In this document: positions 39,005 through 51,688 of the stretch, piece by piece | Layout: each line of letters begins with the position of its first letter | How positions within the stretch are numbered: the first letter of the stretch is position 1 | Notes under the pieces: model-generated | Told to the model about the DNA's origin: nothing | Seen by the model: only the letters and a program-made list of their open reading frames with translations | The model's database searches: none | Program-made: the position numbers and the translations under genes | Assembly (NCBI GenBank): GCA_040954595.2 | Contig: CM082587.2 | Span: forward strand, 8,561,403-8,625,402 | Length of the DNA stretch: 64,000 bases | Direction of reading: 5' to 3' | Source: Balanoglossus misakiensis | Taxonomy: Eukaryota > Animalia > Hemichordata

Positions 39005-40742
39005 TAATTTAATCCTTGCTATTCATCAGAAATGAAAGGTCATGTTCTCTGCTAGCTTTGGGCCGTCAGCAATCAGGCCAGCCGACAGCAATACACCAGC
39101 CCACTACCAAGGCTACAATTATAGCAGCTAGTTATCTTCTAGTGCAGAAGTGAAACTGAAAGTCTACTCTATTATATACTGCAGTACGTGACAGGCACGA
39201 TCAGTGCAAGCATGGCCAACTTGGTTCACTCACAGAGTCACTGATAGTAGTAATCATTAATTAGAATAATTATGCCTGCTATAGATCTTTTGTTCATTCT
39301 TGCATACATGTAGCTGAGACCTCAATTAATTAAGACTTACAAGGCTTCTAAAAATTAAAAATAAAATGGCCCCCCATCAGCTACCAATGCTTGAAACTGG
39401 TGAAACAATATGAGGAAATTCGTGGTCTGTAGATCTACAAAATAACAATTTTGCCATGCCATAACTTTTATGACTTTAGGTGAGAAATTTCCAGACTGTC
39501 AAAGATTTTTATGTTTCCATAAGACAATTTATGCAAATTAGTCTATCCTGAAGTGAAAAGCTTGTTCTTGCTGGTACTGACAGATATTAACTGACATTTT
39601 CATTTGGCCCTAAAATATACTGTGAACTTATGCACACAATTAATTTTCATACATGTCTATTTTAGGAGTAAGGCTACTTTTGTACTTACAAATCACATTT
39701 ACTCCGTGCACACCACAAGGAAGCCTATATCGCTGATACATGCATGCTGTTTGCCCGCTCAAATTCAAAAGCCGGCTGCTGATTGGCTCATGACAGGCAG
39801 GCAGCAAGGTACGGTGCGACCTGTGGCTGGGGTCAGGACCGTCAGGTCATTCATGTCTTGTATCTTTATTCATGCATTTAGGGAGTGGCGCTGTCAACTG
39901 CCGCTTGAGTTAATTAATGTTGTGACCTATTTGTTACGCCCATTCCTGTTCCAGCAACTGTGAGAATTATTTGCGCTTTTACTGGCTGTTAAACACTCAT
40001 TTATAAATTTGCATATTGGCTGTTGGTGTGTATCTCTCTGAAATATGACTGACATATATATTTTATGTACCTGCAGCTCTGAGTGTACTTAATGTTTACA
40101 AATTATTACAGCTAAATAGGTCAGGTATTGTCAACCTAATCAATTTGTAACCTGGGCACGTTGTCTGCGCTACAACTCAGCCTCACTACTGCAGGTGTGC
40201 CAGGGTACAGTGCCGTACATGCACATTAAACTACCAAATGGGAGGACTATGGACAAATGTGTTAAGGACATGGACCATAAAGTCTATAAGTTAATTACAT
40301 GTGTTAGTCTAACTCTTGGAGGGCATCTGAGACGAGCACATTACATACAGCTCTGCTATTGGCCAGTATAGTGGTCACATGCTAGACATAATATTGCTGC
40401 CATACATTGGCTTATGTTGACACTCACCTGTAACCCCTTCAGTGTATTATTAGTACTAACTATAACCGGCACAGGACCGCAGGCGCACAAGACGCATAGG
40501 TGAAGTAGGCATCCAGTTTGGGGTAAAAAACAATACAATACCCGCAAAATAACGATACTGATACAATACAAACAAACAAATAAATGTATACATGTACTAG
40601 CATGTGGACGGGACCTTTGACACAGGACACTTCTTGTGTCAGCTGCTGGAGCGGGTAGCTGCAATAATTGCCCGTAGGGCAGCCAGCACAAAGGCCCACG
40701 GGCTACAATTATTGCAGCCAGCTAGCGGATATCCCTAAGCAC

Positions 40743-40856
40743 CAATCTGATTAAAATCAGATGTAGGGAATGGCGATGTGTTTTTTATTATGCTGCACTA
40801 TGTGCTGCATAAAAAAAACACGTTGCCGTTCCCTACATCTGATTTTAATCAGATTG
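40743..40856. mobile_element. 114-bp hairpin MITE with 10-bp TSD (Mutator-type length)
   Basis: CAATCTGATTAAAATCAGATGTAGGGAA arms, with CCCTAAGCAC at 40733-40742 and 40857-40866. Confidence 0.85.
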
Positions 40857-41844
40857 CCCTAAGCACATGCATTTGTACATCTAATCATGACACGGATGTT
40901 GTTTGTTTATTTCTTTATTTTTCCTCGCCTTTGCAAGACGTCTCGCGTCTATCCGACTGACGCTGACGCTGAAACCTACAATAGTTGCATCATACAGTGA
41001 TACTGATAGGGCTAAGGTGTATATATACTATGACAGAACTTCATGACCTCTGCGCGCGATCTGTGCAATATGAATTTTATTTTAATTGCCTTTACTAGGT
41101 CAAAGGTAAAGGACACACTGTTCACATACAAATTCAAGCATGCACAAAATCAAATCACATCTTGTTTGGCATGAACTGGAGGTGCTTTAATAACCAGTAA
41201 CAACAAGAAAAACTGAACAATACTGATTTAACAAAGCACCCCACCTTTCTGTAGAAACAGGCAAGACAGAAAGGCAAAGTACAAAATACCATGATGAGGA
41301 AAATCATCAAATGGCAAAGTCTGAAACTGAACAGTATAAAAGTCAGCTAATAGGGGGGGAAACGACGTCAGGGTGGGAGAAAATGTGACTGGTAACAAAA
41401 TGGCGTTCTGCAAGGCATCATGGGAGATAAAGTCAAACCGCGGGCGCTGCCACTAGAGGGCTCTCCCTATCATAACAGCAATTAACCAAATTTTCAGCAA
41501 GAGACTTGCTATCAAATTTTACACAATTGCCTTTACTAGGTCAAAGGTAAAGGACACACTGTTCACATACAAATTCAAGCATGCACAAAATCAAATCACA
41601 TCTTGTTTGGCATGAACTGGAGGTGCTTTAATAACCAGTAACAACAAGAAAAACTGAACAATACTGATTTAACAAAGCACCCCACCAAAGCAGAGCTACC
41701 CAAACAAGATGTGAGAAAGGAGAAAAAGAAAGAAAACTCAACTACTCTAAACTATTACAAAAAAACCACCACTGCCTCCACCCTTTTTAGACAAAGGAAA
41801 GGAATGGAGGAGAAACTGGCTAGGGCTACTGGGAGAGAGCCCAT

Positions 41845-42230
41845 GATTGTAGTAATGTAGAAGCGCTCAGTGGCAGGAATGGCAAGAAAGTCTTTGTATA
41901 CTATAGAGCGCCAGTCCCCTTGCAAACGAATCAACGAGTCTGATACTCCTGCCAGGGAAGCTGTGGTGGCCCCCCTTCACTTGAGGCTGTGAAAACTGAA
42001 GCCTAGAGGGTCAAGGCCAATGGCGGTGACTAGCGAACGAAAACGCTAGGTTAAAACAGGCTGAGTGAGTGGTTTAAATGTGCTACGGTGGTAAATTACA
42101 CATGCTGGGGAGGAGGGCGAGGCTGGAAGCAACTCAATCATATTGCATTATGCAATACGCGAGAACTGGGCAAACAGCACTGTTTGGCAGCAAAGCCAGA
42201 GGGTTGATGTATCTGTGTCCATTGGCAGCG
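41845..42230 (-). pseudogene. Tyrosine recombinase C-terminal remnant
   Basis: PLALLPNSAVCPVLAY... and GLDPLGFSFHSL[K*]..GATTASLAGVSDSLIRLQGDWRSIVY. Stops and a frameshift destroy the HxxR motif. Confidence 0.85.
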
Positions 42231-42715
42231 AGTGTGATCCTGTCAATAACACTAGTGTCATCAGTGTCTGATAAAAGGGTGCATGCGGAAGCAACAGTGT
42301 CCAAAGTGTCCATGTCCTGTACAGCTGCAACTGAGGCTGAATTAGAAAACAAGTGTGAACTGAGTCGCTGCAATGGAGGCGGATTTGTCTGTGACATTGC
42401 GAATTCCATCTGAGGGAGAAGTGACGTACGATTCGATGGCTGCAAGTGTGGCGGAATAGTGTGTACCTGTACTAACATAGGTAGGCTCGCCCACTGTGGG
42501 TTGTGAAGACTGTGTAATGGTGTCTGTTGGGCTGACAATCAAGGGTTGGGAACCATGGCTGAGGTAGTGTAGATTGCGCGTCCAGTGGATCCATCTGTGT
42601 GAAATCTAGCTGAATGCAGAGACGATGGTTTGGTAGGGGTCTCAACTGTGGAGCTCGCAATAGAGCGATCTGCAACTGCGGCGGAAAAGTCAGTTGGGAT
42701 GTAGGTGTCGGTGAG

Positions 42716-43873
42716 TCAGCCTGTGGGTTGCTTTTTTGGTTTGTATGGACATTCACTTGGTGGGTGTGACAGTTGAAGGTCGCGGATACGCAAACAGAAA
42801 CGACAGATGTGATGTTCCATTATCCCTTCCTGGTTGTTGTGGTCATTGTTGAACTTACATTTTCCCAGCTGGTAGTCTGCACAGTATCTGGGGTTTGTCT
42901 TGTATTTGTAGCTGGTGTTGGCTCTCATAGGGGCTTTGGTCAACTTGATATGTAAACATCTGGCTTTCTCCTTGGTGAAATCATATTGCCATGTGTTTTC
43001 CCCAGTCTCGATACAACGCAGGACTGCACAATGGAGCTCCCTGACATCGGCCCATTGGTAAATTTCTGCTAGGTGTAATAGTTCTATAAGGTGATCAGTT
43101 CTGGCAAGTCTGGTGGCAAGTGGCTCTACATGGTGGATGATGTATAGTTCTCCACGTACTAGTGCTGGCATTGACAATGTGGCATATGATTGGTCATCAA
43201 TGCTGCTGTCGGACTTGTGGGCATATTCGTGTGGCCATGGAACTTGGTAACGCACTTGCTCGCTGGATCTGCGAGCCACACCAGACTTGGGCTTTTTGCG
43301 ATTGTGGCGTTTACGGAAGGTTTTGTAGTGCTGCTTACCTCCCTGCTTGAGCTGCGTGGCAGAGTCTGAGTCTGTACAGGATGACGAAGATGCTGTGGAA
43401 TCTGTGTCAAACATCTTGGTATGGTGCTTGAATTTATTAACTTTGCGACCGAGAGCAGCATCATGGCGAAGAGATGTAATGGTGGGCTTGTCCTGAGAAT
43501 CCTCCATACCTGTAGGCGGTTTTGCCTTCAACTTTTTATTTCTCGCTAGTTCTCTCTTTAATTCTATTTCAATCTCCAGCTCTTCATTTTCCTTCTTAAT
43601 CGCCTCAAGCATTTGCTTTTTAGGGCTGATAATGTCTCGATTACCTTCGCTGGTGTCCGGCTTAGACCATTCTGTCTTGATTGTGTCCTTTGTATTTTTC
43701 AAGTGGTCAGATGGTGTCACACTTGAAGTGCTGGCGTGGGTTTGAGGCGACGATTTGTGGTCCATCTCGAAGGAGTTGTCCTTGTTTTCTCTACAGAGGT
43801 GACCGGAAGGTCCTTTGTGGTGTTTCAAGTCGATAAGACAGGTTCTGCAAAGTCTTTGCGGCCTAGATGACAT
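42716..43873 (-). CDS. Gag-like ORF1 of the Ngaro element (385 aa)
   Basis: Uninterrupted ORF starting 24 bp after repeat A1. N-terminal CxxC..HxGPxGxxC, central WPHE..Y.W..VR.H..VL..IE.G...W, and C-terminal C-C-H/CxxC-H-C zinc fingers. Confidence 0.85.
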   Translation of the reverse strand: MSSRPQRLCRTCLIDLKHHKGPSGHLCRENKDNSFEMDHKSSPQTHASTSSVTPSDHLKNTKDTIKTEWSKPDTSEGNRDIISPKKQMLEAIKKENEELEIEIELKRELARNKKLKAKPPTGMEDSQDKPTITSLRHDAALGRKVNKFKHHTKMFDTDSTASSSSCTDSDSATQLKQGGKQHYKTFRKRHNRKKPKSGVARRSSEQVRYQVPWPHEYAHKSDSSIDDQSYATLSMPALVRGELYIIHHVEPLATRLARTDHLIELLHLAEIYQWADVRELHCAVLRCIETGENTWQYDFTKEKARCLHIKLTKAPMRANTSYKYKTNPRYCADYQLGKCKFNNDHNNQEGIMEHHICRFCLRIRDLQLSHPPSECPYKPKKQPTG

Positions 43874-44349
43874 CGGATTGCAAATTGAGATTGCTCAGAA
43901 AATGTGACTGGTAACAAAATGGCGTTCTGCAAGGCATCATGGGAGATAAAGTCAAACCGCGGGCGCTGCCACTAGAGGGCTCTCCCTATCATAACAGCAA
44001 TTAACCAAATTTTCAGCAAGAGACTTGCTATCAAATTTTACACCATGAGTGAGAAGGTGTATTCTTCCGAGTATTTTTACGAGCGATAGCGAGTAAAAAT
44101 GCAGAAGAATACACCTTCTCACGAGTGAAAATAAAATCCATATTGCACAGATCGCGCGCAGAGGTCATGAAGTTCTGTTATTATTGCATATGTTTCCCCA
44201 GATTTGACGAAAATCAAAGTTTCGATCGTGGCGTATTGATTTTCATTACAGTGATGCGCCAAAGGCGATGCAACCCAGAGAAGGCCGCTCATTGGCCAAA
44301 ATGACGCAACCTTTGTTATGCAAAGAAGGGTCATGTGGGGTCATTCCAA

Positions 44350-44745
44350 CAGTGGGTTACCTGAGGTCGTGAGAACGCAGCGATAAATTTTGAAACACTG
44401 GCGATAGCGAGAGATTTTCGTAATTTTCGAGGTTCCAAAACACACTGACAACTAAATGTTCTGTTATTCTGACGATAGTTGGGAAGGATAATAAAACAAC
44501 GTGCCAGAATGTTGAAAAATCCGCATGTTTCGGCGATCATGTTGGCTCATTTCATCGGTGGTTTAGCTCAGGTCGCAAGATAGCATCGGCAATATTTGAG
44601 AAACTGGCGATAGCGAGGGATATTCCGAGGTTCCCAAACATACTGCCAGTTAATGTTTTGTTATTCTGACAAAATTTGGGAAGGATAAGACAATGGCGTC
44701 TCCGAATGTTGAAAATTCCCCACGTTTCGGCGATCATACTCCAGC
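44350..44745. repeat. Two diverged ~210-bp tandem units
   Basis: CTGGCGATAGCGAG..GAGGTTCC..TGTTATTCTGAC..TTGGGAAGGATAA..GAATGTTGAAAA..GTTTCGGCGATCAT occurs twice. Confidence 0.7.
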
Positions 44746-45377
44746 TCTGCCGACCGCGTTCAATGTTTACAAACAAAACGTAGTCCGGCTTGTTTTTACT
44801 CATTTGCATATGGGTTGTGAAAAATACCACTTTGTCACGCGCACAACTAAAACAACAATCGGCTTTTTTGCGACTGAAATAAAACTTTTGTTATATCCTC
44901 CGGAGGTTTATATGAACTCCAAGTGATTGTCTAACAGAACGAGGGTTAAACTTTGAAAGATACGATCGATTGAAGGGGAAATGGGGGATCTTATTTCTTC
45001 TGGATGCTCATTTGCATATGAGCTCGCAAAAATACCAGAATTATTATTGCACGGACCGCTTGGAATACTGTAGTACATATGCAATAAATGTACGTACGGA
45101 CCCGCATCTTCGCCCGCCAACGACCCGTGTGAGCGGACGAAGCGAAGACGGACCGCAGCAAACACTGAACAGTGGCCAAGCGCACAAGCTGCACCGTAGT
45201 CGACAGTACATTAAAACAATCAATCAACTTCCGTAAAGAATATTCAATTTTATAATGCTTATTCCTTTCAATGCGGCATAACGCTACGGACTCGTACGAG
45301 CTGCCATCTCAGACCAGTTCCGTGACGTCATAAACCCCATGACCCCGTTTCTGGATCTCCCAATGCACAGCACACAC

Positions 45378-45803
45378 TAGTCTCGGTTACCCAGAGCCCT
45401 CTGCTTCTTCCGTTAGGCACTCCAGAAAGAGGGTCTGGGGAAACCCGGTAGACAAACCGTCAGGCGGAATCGGGACAGCTGCGATGCATGACGGGAGATT
45501 AATATTCGATACGATATTATGATATGTCGATATTAGAAAACTATTTACCGAACTTCTCTCTCTCTTTTCAATTTGTATACAGTTTTAGCAGGTCTAGCAC
45601 TTCTCAGCATGTTTTCTTTATCGTATGTCATACATGTCGGCCGTGGGTTCGCGCGCAGGACGTCGCCATTTTGGAATATTAATCTCCCGTCATGCATCGC
45701 AGCTGTCCCGATTCCGCCTGACGGTTTGTCTACCGGGTTTCCCCAGACCCTCTTTCTGGAGTGCCTAACGGAAGAAGCAGAGGGCTCTGGGTAACCGAGA
45801 CTA
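45378..45803. mobile_element. 426-bp Academ(H)-type non-autonomous element
   Basis: Perfect 130-bp TIRs (TAGTCTCGGTTACCCAG...) and a 9-bp TSD AGCACACAC. Confidence 0.9.
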
Positions 45804-45981
45804 AGCACACACAGACAGATATCTCCGATGGTGGACGATGAAGTACACATTTAAACTAATTTAAGGGCAGCCTACCTCTTGGACATACCATGAAAGTTTT
45901 AACCAGCAGTGATCAACACAAAACACCGATGGTATCACCGAACGGTACCTAGCAACCACACGAACGATTCGAACTGCCCGC

Positions 45982-46054
45982 TAGTCTCGGTTACCCAGAC
46001 GCCTTTGCGTCTTCAGCAGCGGAAGAAGCAAAGGCGTCTGGGTAACCGAGACTG
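45982..46054. mobile_element. 73-bp mini-hairpin with the same Academ-type termini
   Basis: TAGTCTCGGTTACCCAGACGCCTTTGC...GCAAAGGCGTCTGGGTAACCGAGACT. Confidence 0.8.
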
Positions 46055-46414
46055 GGAAATTATTATCGGGTCTGCAAGTTTTTCGTCGGTCGAGGATATA
46101 TTGGTATGGATCGAAAAGCACGCCAAAACTCTTGTCCAACGAAGTGAGATTTATTCAAATCAACAGATGTCTGGCACCATCGCTTGATAAGGTCCCGGAT
46201 TCTGATACGTTACGGACTACAATAAACCCTTTTTCTGTCTTTTTTTTTTTTACAAAATGTCAGTAACCACTCATAAATATACACTAATTTATCATTAAAC
46301 TCCCAAATTTCTACTCTAAGTGAGTTTAAGTTGATTGGCAAAGAGTAACTTTAAAATTCAAAACTTCCAATTAGTTGAAAGTACTCTGCTACTAGTATAA
46401 TTATCTTGAAGTAA

Positions 46415-47005
46415 GGCTGCATTCACAAACACCTCTGGAGGGGGGGGGGAGAATTCAATTTTTTTACCGCTAATTTTCACATGCCCCCCGTACACAACCC
46501 GAAATATTTTCAAATCCCCCCTTCCGAACTGCCAAAATTTTGAAACCCCCCCCCCCATTTTTTTCACAGAGCAAAACACATCACCTATCTATCTTGTAAA
46601 AAAGAAAAACAGCGCTCCCATGAAAAGAATTTGAAACTGATTTTTCCCCTCATTAGTGGGTATTAAAACTGAACATTGTATTTATTTTTTAAGTGTTTGT
46701 ATTCTGTGTTGGGAGACATTGTAAACCAAGAATTGAAGGGGGTGTCAATGTTTGAAAGGTGTTGATGGATGGAGGGGGTGGGTGTGGGAGGGGGTGTCCC
46801 CCTCCCACATTAGAAAATTTTGTAAAATAAAGGGCGCGAAACTGCATTTTTGTGGACTCAAAATAAATATTTAGTCCTCAAAGTTTTCAAGTCCCCCCCT
46901 TTTAGTCCCTAAATTATTTCAAATCCCCCCTTACATACCCTCAATTTTTTCAAACCCCCCCTCAATTCTCCCGCCCCCCCTCCAGAGGTGTTTGTGAATG
47001 CAGCC
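46415..47005. mobile_element. PIF/Harbinger-type MITE
   Basis: TAA|GGCTGCATTCACAAACACCTCTGGAGGGGG...CCTCCAGAGGTGTTTGTGAATGCAGCC|TAA. Confidence 0.88.
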
Positions 47006-48129
47006 TAAGAATAAATTTATTTTACACTATGAGAAATATCTGTCCTCGTACACTGTCATCTTGGCGAATTTGCGCTATTACCTATTACAAACACATTGCA
47101 AATTTAAACTGAAAGTACTTCACTTAGTGATGGTAGTACATGTATACATATTCATCTCGCCGTAAATGATCTGAGTGCAATAGTAGTTTTTGTTGTAAAT
47201 CCGGGGTTGATAAACAAATTTTGTGAAATTTGCGAGAGTTACTGATTTCGCGAAAACAGCACTACACAATGGAGAAGGAGTTGCGTTGAAAGTCAGTTTG
47301 ATGTTGCTGGTTTGATAGCTTCTTTTCGTTCTTTTTTTACAGGTTGCACTAATGGATTGGCTGATCTCCATGTGTTAAGGGAACTGTAAAGAATATGAAC
47401 TGAGCAGTGTCATTTCTGGCTGCAATGTGTCCGCATTTTATTTCAAATAGACAATACCACAACCCGTTCGAGGTTCTATGTATTTCAATCTAATGAAAGA
47501 CAACAAAGAACACTGTAAAAGTGTCTACTGTTCAAATGCAATGTGACAGAAAGACCATGATTGTATAAATAATAAATGTACAATCAGCCCACTTGGACTT
47601 ACAAGACACTTCAAAATGAAATAAACTAAATGAACATAGACGATATGAAACAGATTTTCTTGAATTATACATAAGCGAGCTAACTCTTTGAGATTAGCTG
47701 TTTTGTTGTTTTTCTGGAACCAGTAGACAACATAAGTGTATATCTAATTTCTGCAACTTTATAATATAACATTTTCCGATGATAATCATATAAAACAGAA
47801 AATGCGTTTCCGTTTAAGTGAGTCACAGTACTGTATTGAATTGGCAAATTCTATCACCAATTTCCAACCAATGAAATTTGCCCGGTTCGATATTCAGAGG
47901 AAAAGTTCTTGCTCTCAACTGCGCAATGAGAAATCTTTGACTGCATGCGGCTGAGATTGGTTTGCAAGTATTCTTCAAGGCAAAGAGTTTCCTTTAAAGT
48001 CATGTACATATAAGTAGTTAAGGGTTGCCTTGTACTACCCAATGTGCTCATGCAAGTTGTGCACAGTCTAGTCTCTAGGGAGTTGGGTCGTATATACACG
48101 GCGATCGCCTTTGTCATAGGCGATCCTTG

Positions 48130-48665
48130 GTGAGTCTCTTATTAGGCAGTAATCTATTCCATGTTCTGAACATATTCAACGTCCGCGTTTCCTGAGAAGA
48201 TGCCCACCCCGTAAAAAACGTGTGGCTCTATTCTGGACACAACATGCAACATGCAGTTTCTTAAAGCCCCATACATAACATCTATGACGTCGACGGGCAC
48301 CACGACTGTGTTAATTAAATGTGCTCATGCAAGTTGTGTATCATTGTATAACATGACAATTGTGACAGTCGTAGATCATGTTGATCACACGATGGGACTG
48401 ACTTCTTTAACTACTTTGTAAATTTCTGACGACCAGTCATTGGTATTAGACCTAATGCTCAAATTTCTTTGTGAGTCGTTTATTAGGCATCGCTAGTAAT
48501 CTATTCCATGTTCTGAACATATTCAACGTCCGTATTTCCTGAGAAGATGCCCACCCCTTAAAAAAACGTGTGGCTCTATTCTGGACACAACATGCAACAT
48601 GCAGTTTCTTAAAGCCCCATACATAACATCTATGACGGGCACCACGACTGTGTTAATTAAATGTA
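48130..48665. repeat. Local direct duplication of ~190 bp (48130-48322 and 48471-48664)
   Basis: GTAATCTATTCCATGTTCTGAACATATTCAACGTCCG...CACGACTGTGTTAATTAAATGT occurs twice. Confidence 0.85.
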
Positions 48666-48828
48666 TGTATAAAACCCTATGTCTTCAACAAGTTAGAATT
48701 CACAGATAATGCATGACACCAAGGGCTCTAGCTACTAGCAGCGTCAGCAAATGTGGATAAAGTGGCGTCAACGTCCACAAGTGACGTTGTCATGGAAAAT
48801 CGCCAAGGCTTCTGTATTTCCTTGTCAA

Positions 48829-48922
48829 CATCATCATCATCCTTACATCATCATCGATGCATTATCATCACCACCACCAACATCATCATCCGTACATTAT
48901 CATCCGTACATTATCATCCTTA

Positions 48923-48993
<71 letters not shown>
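48829..48993. repeat. (CAT)n microsatellite
   Basis: Direct inspection. Confidence 0.95.
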
Positions 48994-51308
48994 CCACCTC
49001 CTTCGCTGTTGTCATTCTACGAAAGGCGGTCAAGGAAATGTTTTTAGTGCATGTGCAGCTGGAATATTTCGTGGAATTTTTTTGCGGGCTCATACACTTG
49101 AAATGTTTCGATTAAAAGTGTAATCGCCATTGAAAAAGTTTGTCAAAATATCATCCGATGTTACTCAACGTACTGAAGGAAATGTCAAAGAGAGACATAA
49201 CACTAAGCATGTCCCAGATTCGTACACGGCGTGGCAAGTAAACTTACAGTCACAAGATTTCTCTAATATGTTATATTTATTTAGTTTTGTTTGTTTGTTT
49301 GTTTGTTTGTTTGTTTGTTTATTTACTATTTGTTTGATCGATTTATGAAGAGTGCCAATCGAGTTCCATTTACCTCTACCGCTACAAACAATTGTCAATT
49401 CTCAAAATTACATTAAAAGGGTGAGGGGGATTGCTTTCGGGGCATTTTGCAAGGAAACTGAGAGATTGTGACGCATTTGTAAGTCGGCTGTGGCATACTT
49501 CATGGCTGGTGTCTGTAACGACCGAGTACCTGTGAAATAAAGACAACAATTAGGGACTTGATGGATATAACATGGAATATTTGATGTGCCACTAAATTGT
49601 ATACCTGATGATTTCGTATAATGATTCATATAGTTTTCCTATAGTTTCAGCGATAGGCACAGCCCAAGCTTAAATGTGTACGGTCACCTATGCAAATTAA
49701 ACCATTCAAAATATAACCAATCACTGATTTTCATTGGGTGGAACACGCTATAACGTACGCCACCACATAGTCATTCGAACACGTAGCCACGCCCTTTTGA
49801 CGTAATATGGACATATGGAAATTAGGTGACCGCATACCTTCAAGATTTGTGTTTTTGTTACATTTACGGTTGATTTTATAATATGTATGAAGGTATTGCA
49901 TTTAGTGAAATTCATAACAATTATAGTTTGTATTACATGTGTGGTCATTGTTACAGAAGCTGATAGGGGTTACAACTTACAGCTGCTATAAAGCAATTAC
50001 GTCAATAAACTTGCATTAACCATTAGAAATTTCGTATTTATTTTATTTTAAAATCTTATGTTGCTTGCATAAGAGTTGCAATAATTGTTAGGTTAAATAG
50101 TCGTGCTGGGGTCCCACAAAATCCAAATTGGTCCGGGGGGGGGGGGGAGGCTCATTCAGCCTTTTTGGCAAAAATACACTGGAGACGCCTTTTACAACAT
50201 GCTACTATACTGAGTCATATCAAACATACTTAAAATGAACCATCATGGGTATAGACTCGCCCACTTGCCGTTTGAAGACCTCAAAGAAGACCACAAGATG
50301 TTCCCTTTTACTTACCTGCTTCAATTTATAAAATATACATCTATAGATATATCGGGTTATTCACATAATTCAACTACTGGGAATTCCGTACGTGTTCAAT
50401 GTATTGAACAAGCCGAACACTTTCACTCCTATATATGTTCACCTGATTTAACATATTTTGCGGAGTGAAGCAAAGGCCTCGGTTTATCCGCTGTGATCAT
50501 GAAGATACTTGAATAAAATTGATGCTGTGCTGTACGTGTACAAATACCGAAATGGATTGTACGATAGAACGCTAGAAATTACGACTGTAAACGTATAATG
50601 GTTTACTGTGAGGTTCGTTTTCGTATAGGAGAAATAATAAGGAAGTTATTCTAACAACAAACACATATTGTACTTCTTGTGTCAGTAAGGTAAAAATGAA
50701 ATGCATATATATTCCATATTAAATTATCTGAAATGAACGAACCCATTAGTTTATGTGTAAAAACATAAATTTAAGTTTCAAATAAAATAAGTCTTTCTTC
50801 AAAGAAAGTCAACCATTATCATAGAATTGCGTATTCATTTGGGTACGTTACAGCAACCCTTCTGAATCCCTGGTTTTTGCATGATGATATGTGTGAATTG
50901 CTTTGGGTCAGTTAACCACTAAAGTTTCATTTCCTGTCTTGTTTGAAAGCTGTAAATTAAGTAAGCTATTTACCACACGTTATCACGCACAAAGAATTGT
51001 CAAAAACACGAAGAACTATGTAAATATAGCCGTGATAATAAAAGCGAACAAGACAGTTTCACGATAACTAAACAACATATCCCTGCAATAAACGTACGAG
51101 TCAAATTTACCTGCAATATGAACGTGAGAGTTAATAATTACTCTTGACCTGTAGTACGCAATGAACAGAACCTAGAAATAATGGTTAGAAAGTGACTGTT
51201 GTGATTAGAAGGAAGACAATATCGATAAAGCTGTTCATCGACATATCATTTCTGTGTTCAGTGCTGACATCATTCTGAAAGATGTCTGAAAAGTAAGGGC
51301 GCGCTTAA

Positions 51309-51688
51309 AGGTATACAGTCACCTCCAATTTACATACGCCCATATATGGCTGAAATGGCGTATTTGAGCGTCCTAAAGAACATATGGTGGCGCTCTTTTT
51401 TTCGCGTGTGCCACCCACTGAAAATCCGTGATTGGCTAGATCTCAAGTTTACTATGTCTATGGTAACTGTAGCTAATTTCCTTAGGTGACCGTATACCTT
51501 TAAAGGTATACGGTCACCTATGCAAATTTAGCTATAGTTACCATGGTAAATTGAGATCTAACCAATCACAGATTTTCAGTGGGTGGCACACGCGAAAAAA
51601 AGAGCGCCACCATACGTTCTTTAGAACACTCAAATACGCCATTTCAGCTATATATGGCGATATGTAAATTGGAGGTGACCGCATACCT
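51309..51688. mobile_element. Two ~190-bp TTAA MITEs of one family in inverted orientation, sharing one TTAA; further copies at ~49670-49845, ~61470-61660, ~62385-62590
   Basis: TTAA|AGGTATAC.GTCACCT...AGGTGACCG.ATACCT|TTAA twice, with the shared TTAA at 51500-51503. Confidence 0.88.

Larger units (their letters stand above)
41084..44043 (-). mobile_element. Ngaro/PAT-type (DIRS order) tyrosine-recombinase retrotransposon, internally deleted
   Basis: Split direct repeats in the order A1 (44043-43897), ORFs, B1 (41686-41525), A2 (41524-41378), spacer, B2 (41245-41084). It has a gag ORF and a YR remnant, and no TSD. Confidence 0.9.
41033..44178. mobile_element. Palindromic MITE split by the Ngaro insertion (parts 41033-41083 and 44041-44178)
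   Basis: ACAGAACTTCATGACCTCTGCGCGCGATCTGTGCAATATG is reverse-complemented at 44139-44178. The hairpin centre is at 44047-44122. Confidence 0.8.

Noticed and set aside
48751-49123. Poly-His, poly-Ser and poly-Ile ORFs, and the ILYY-repeat ORFs at 52326-53451
   Set aside because: Translations of microsatellites.
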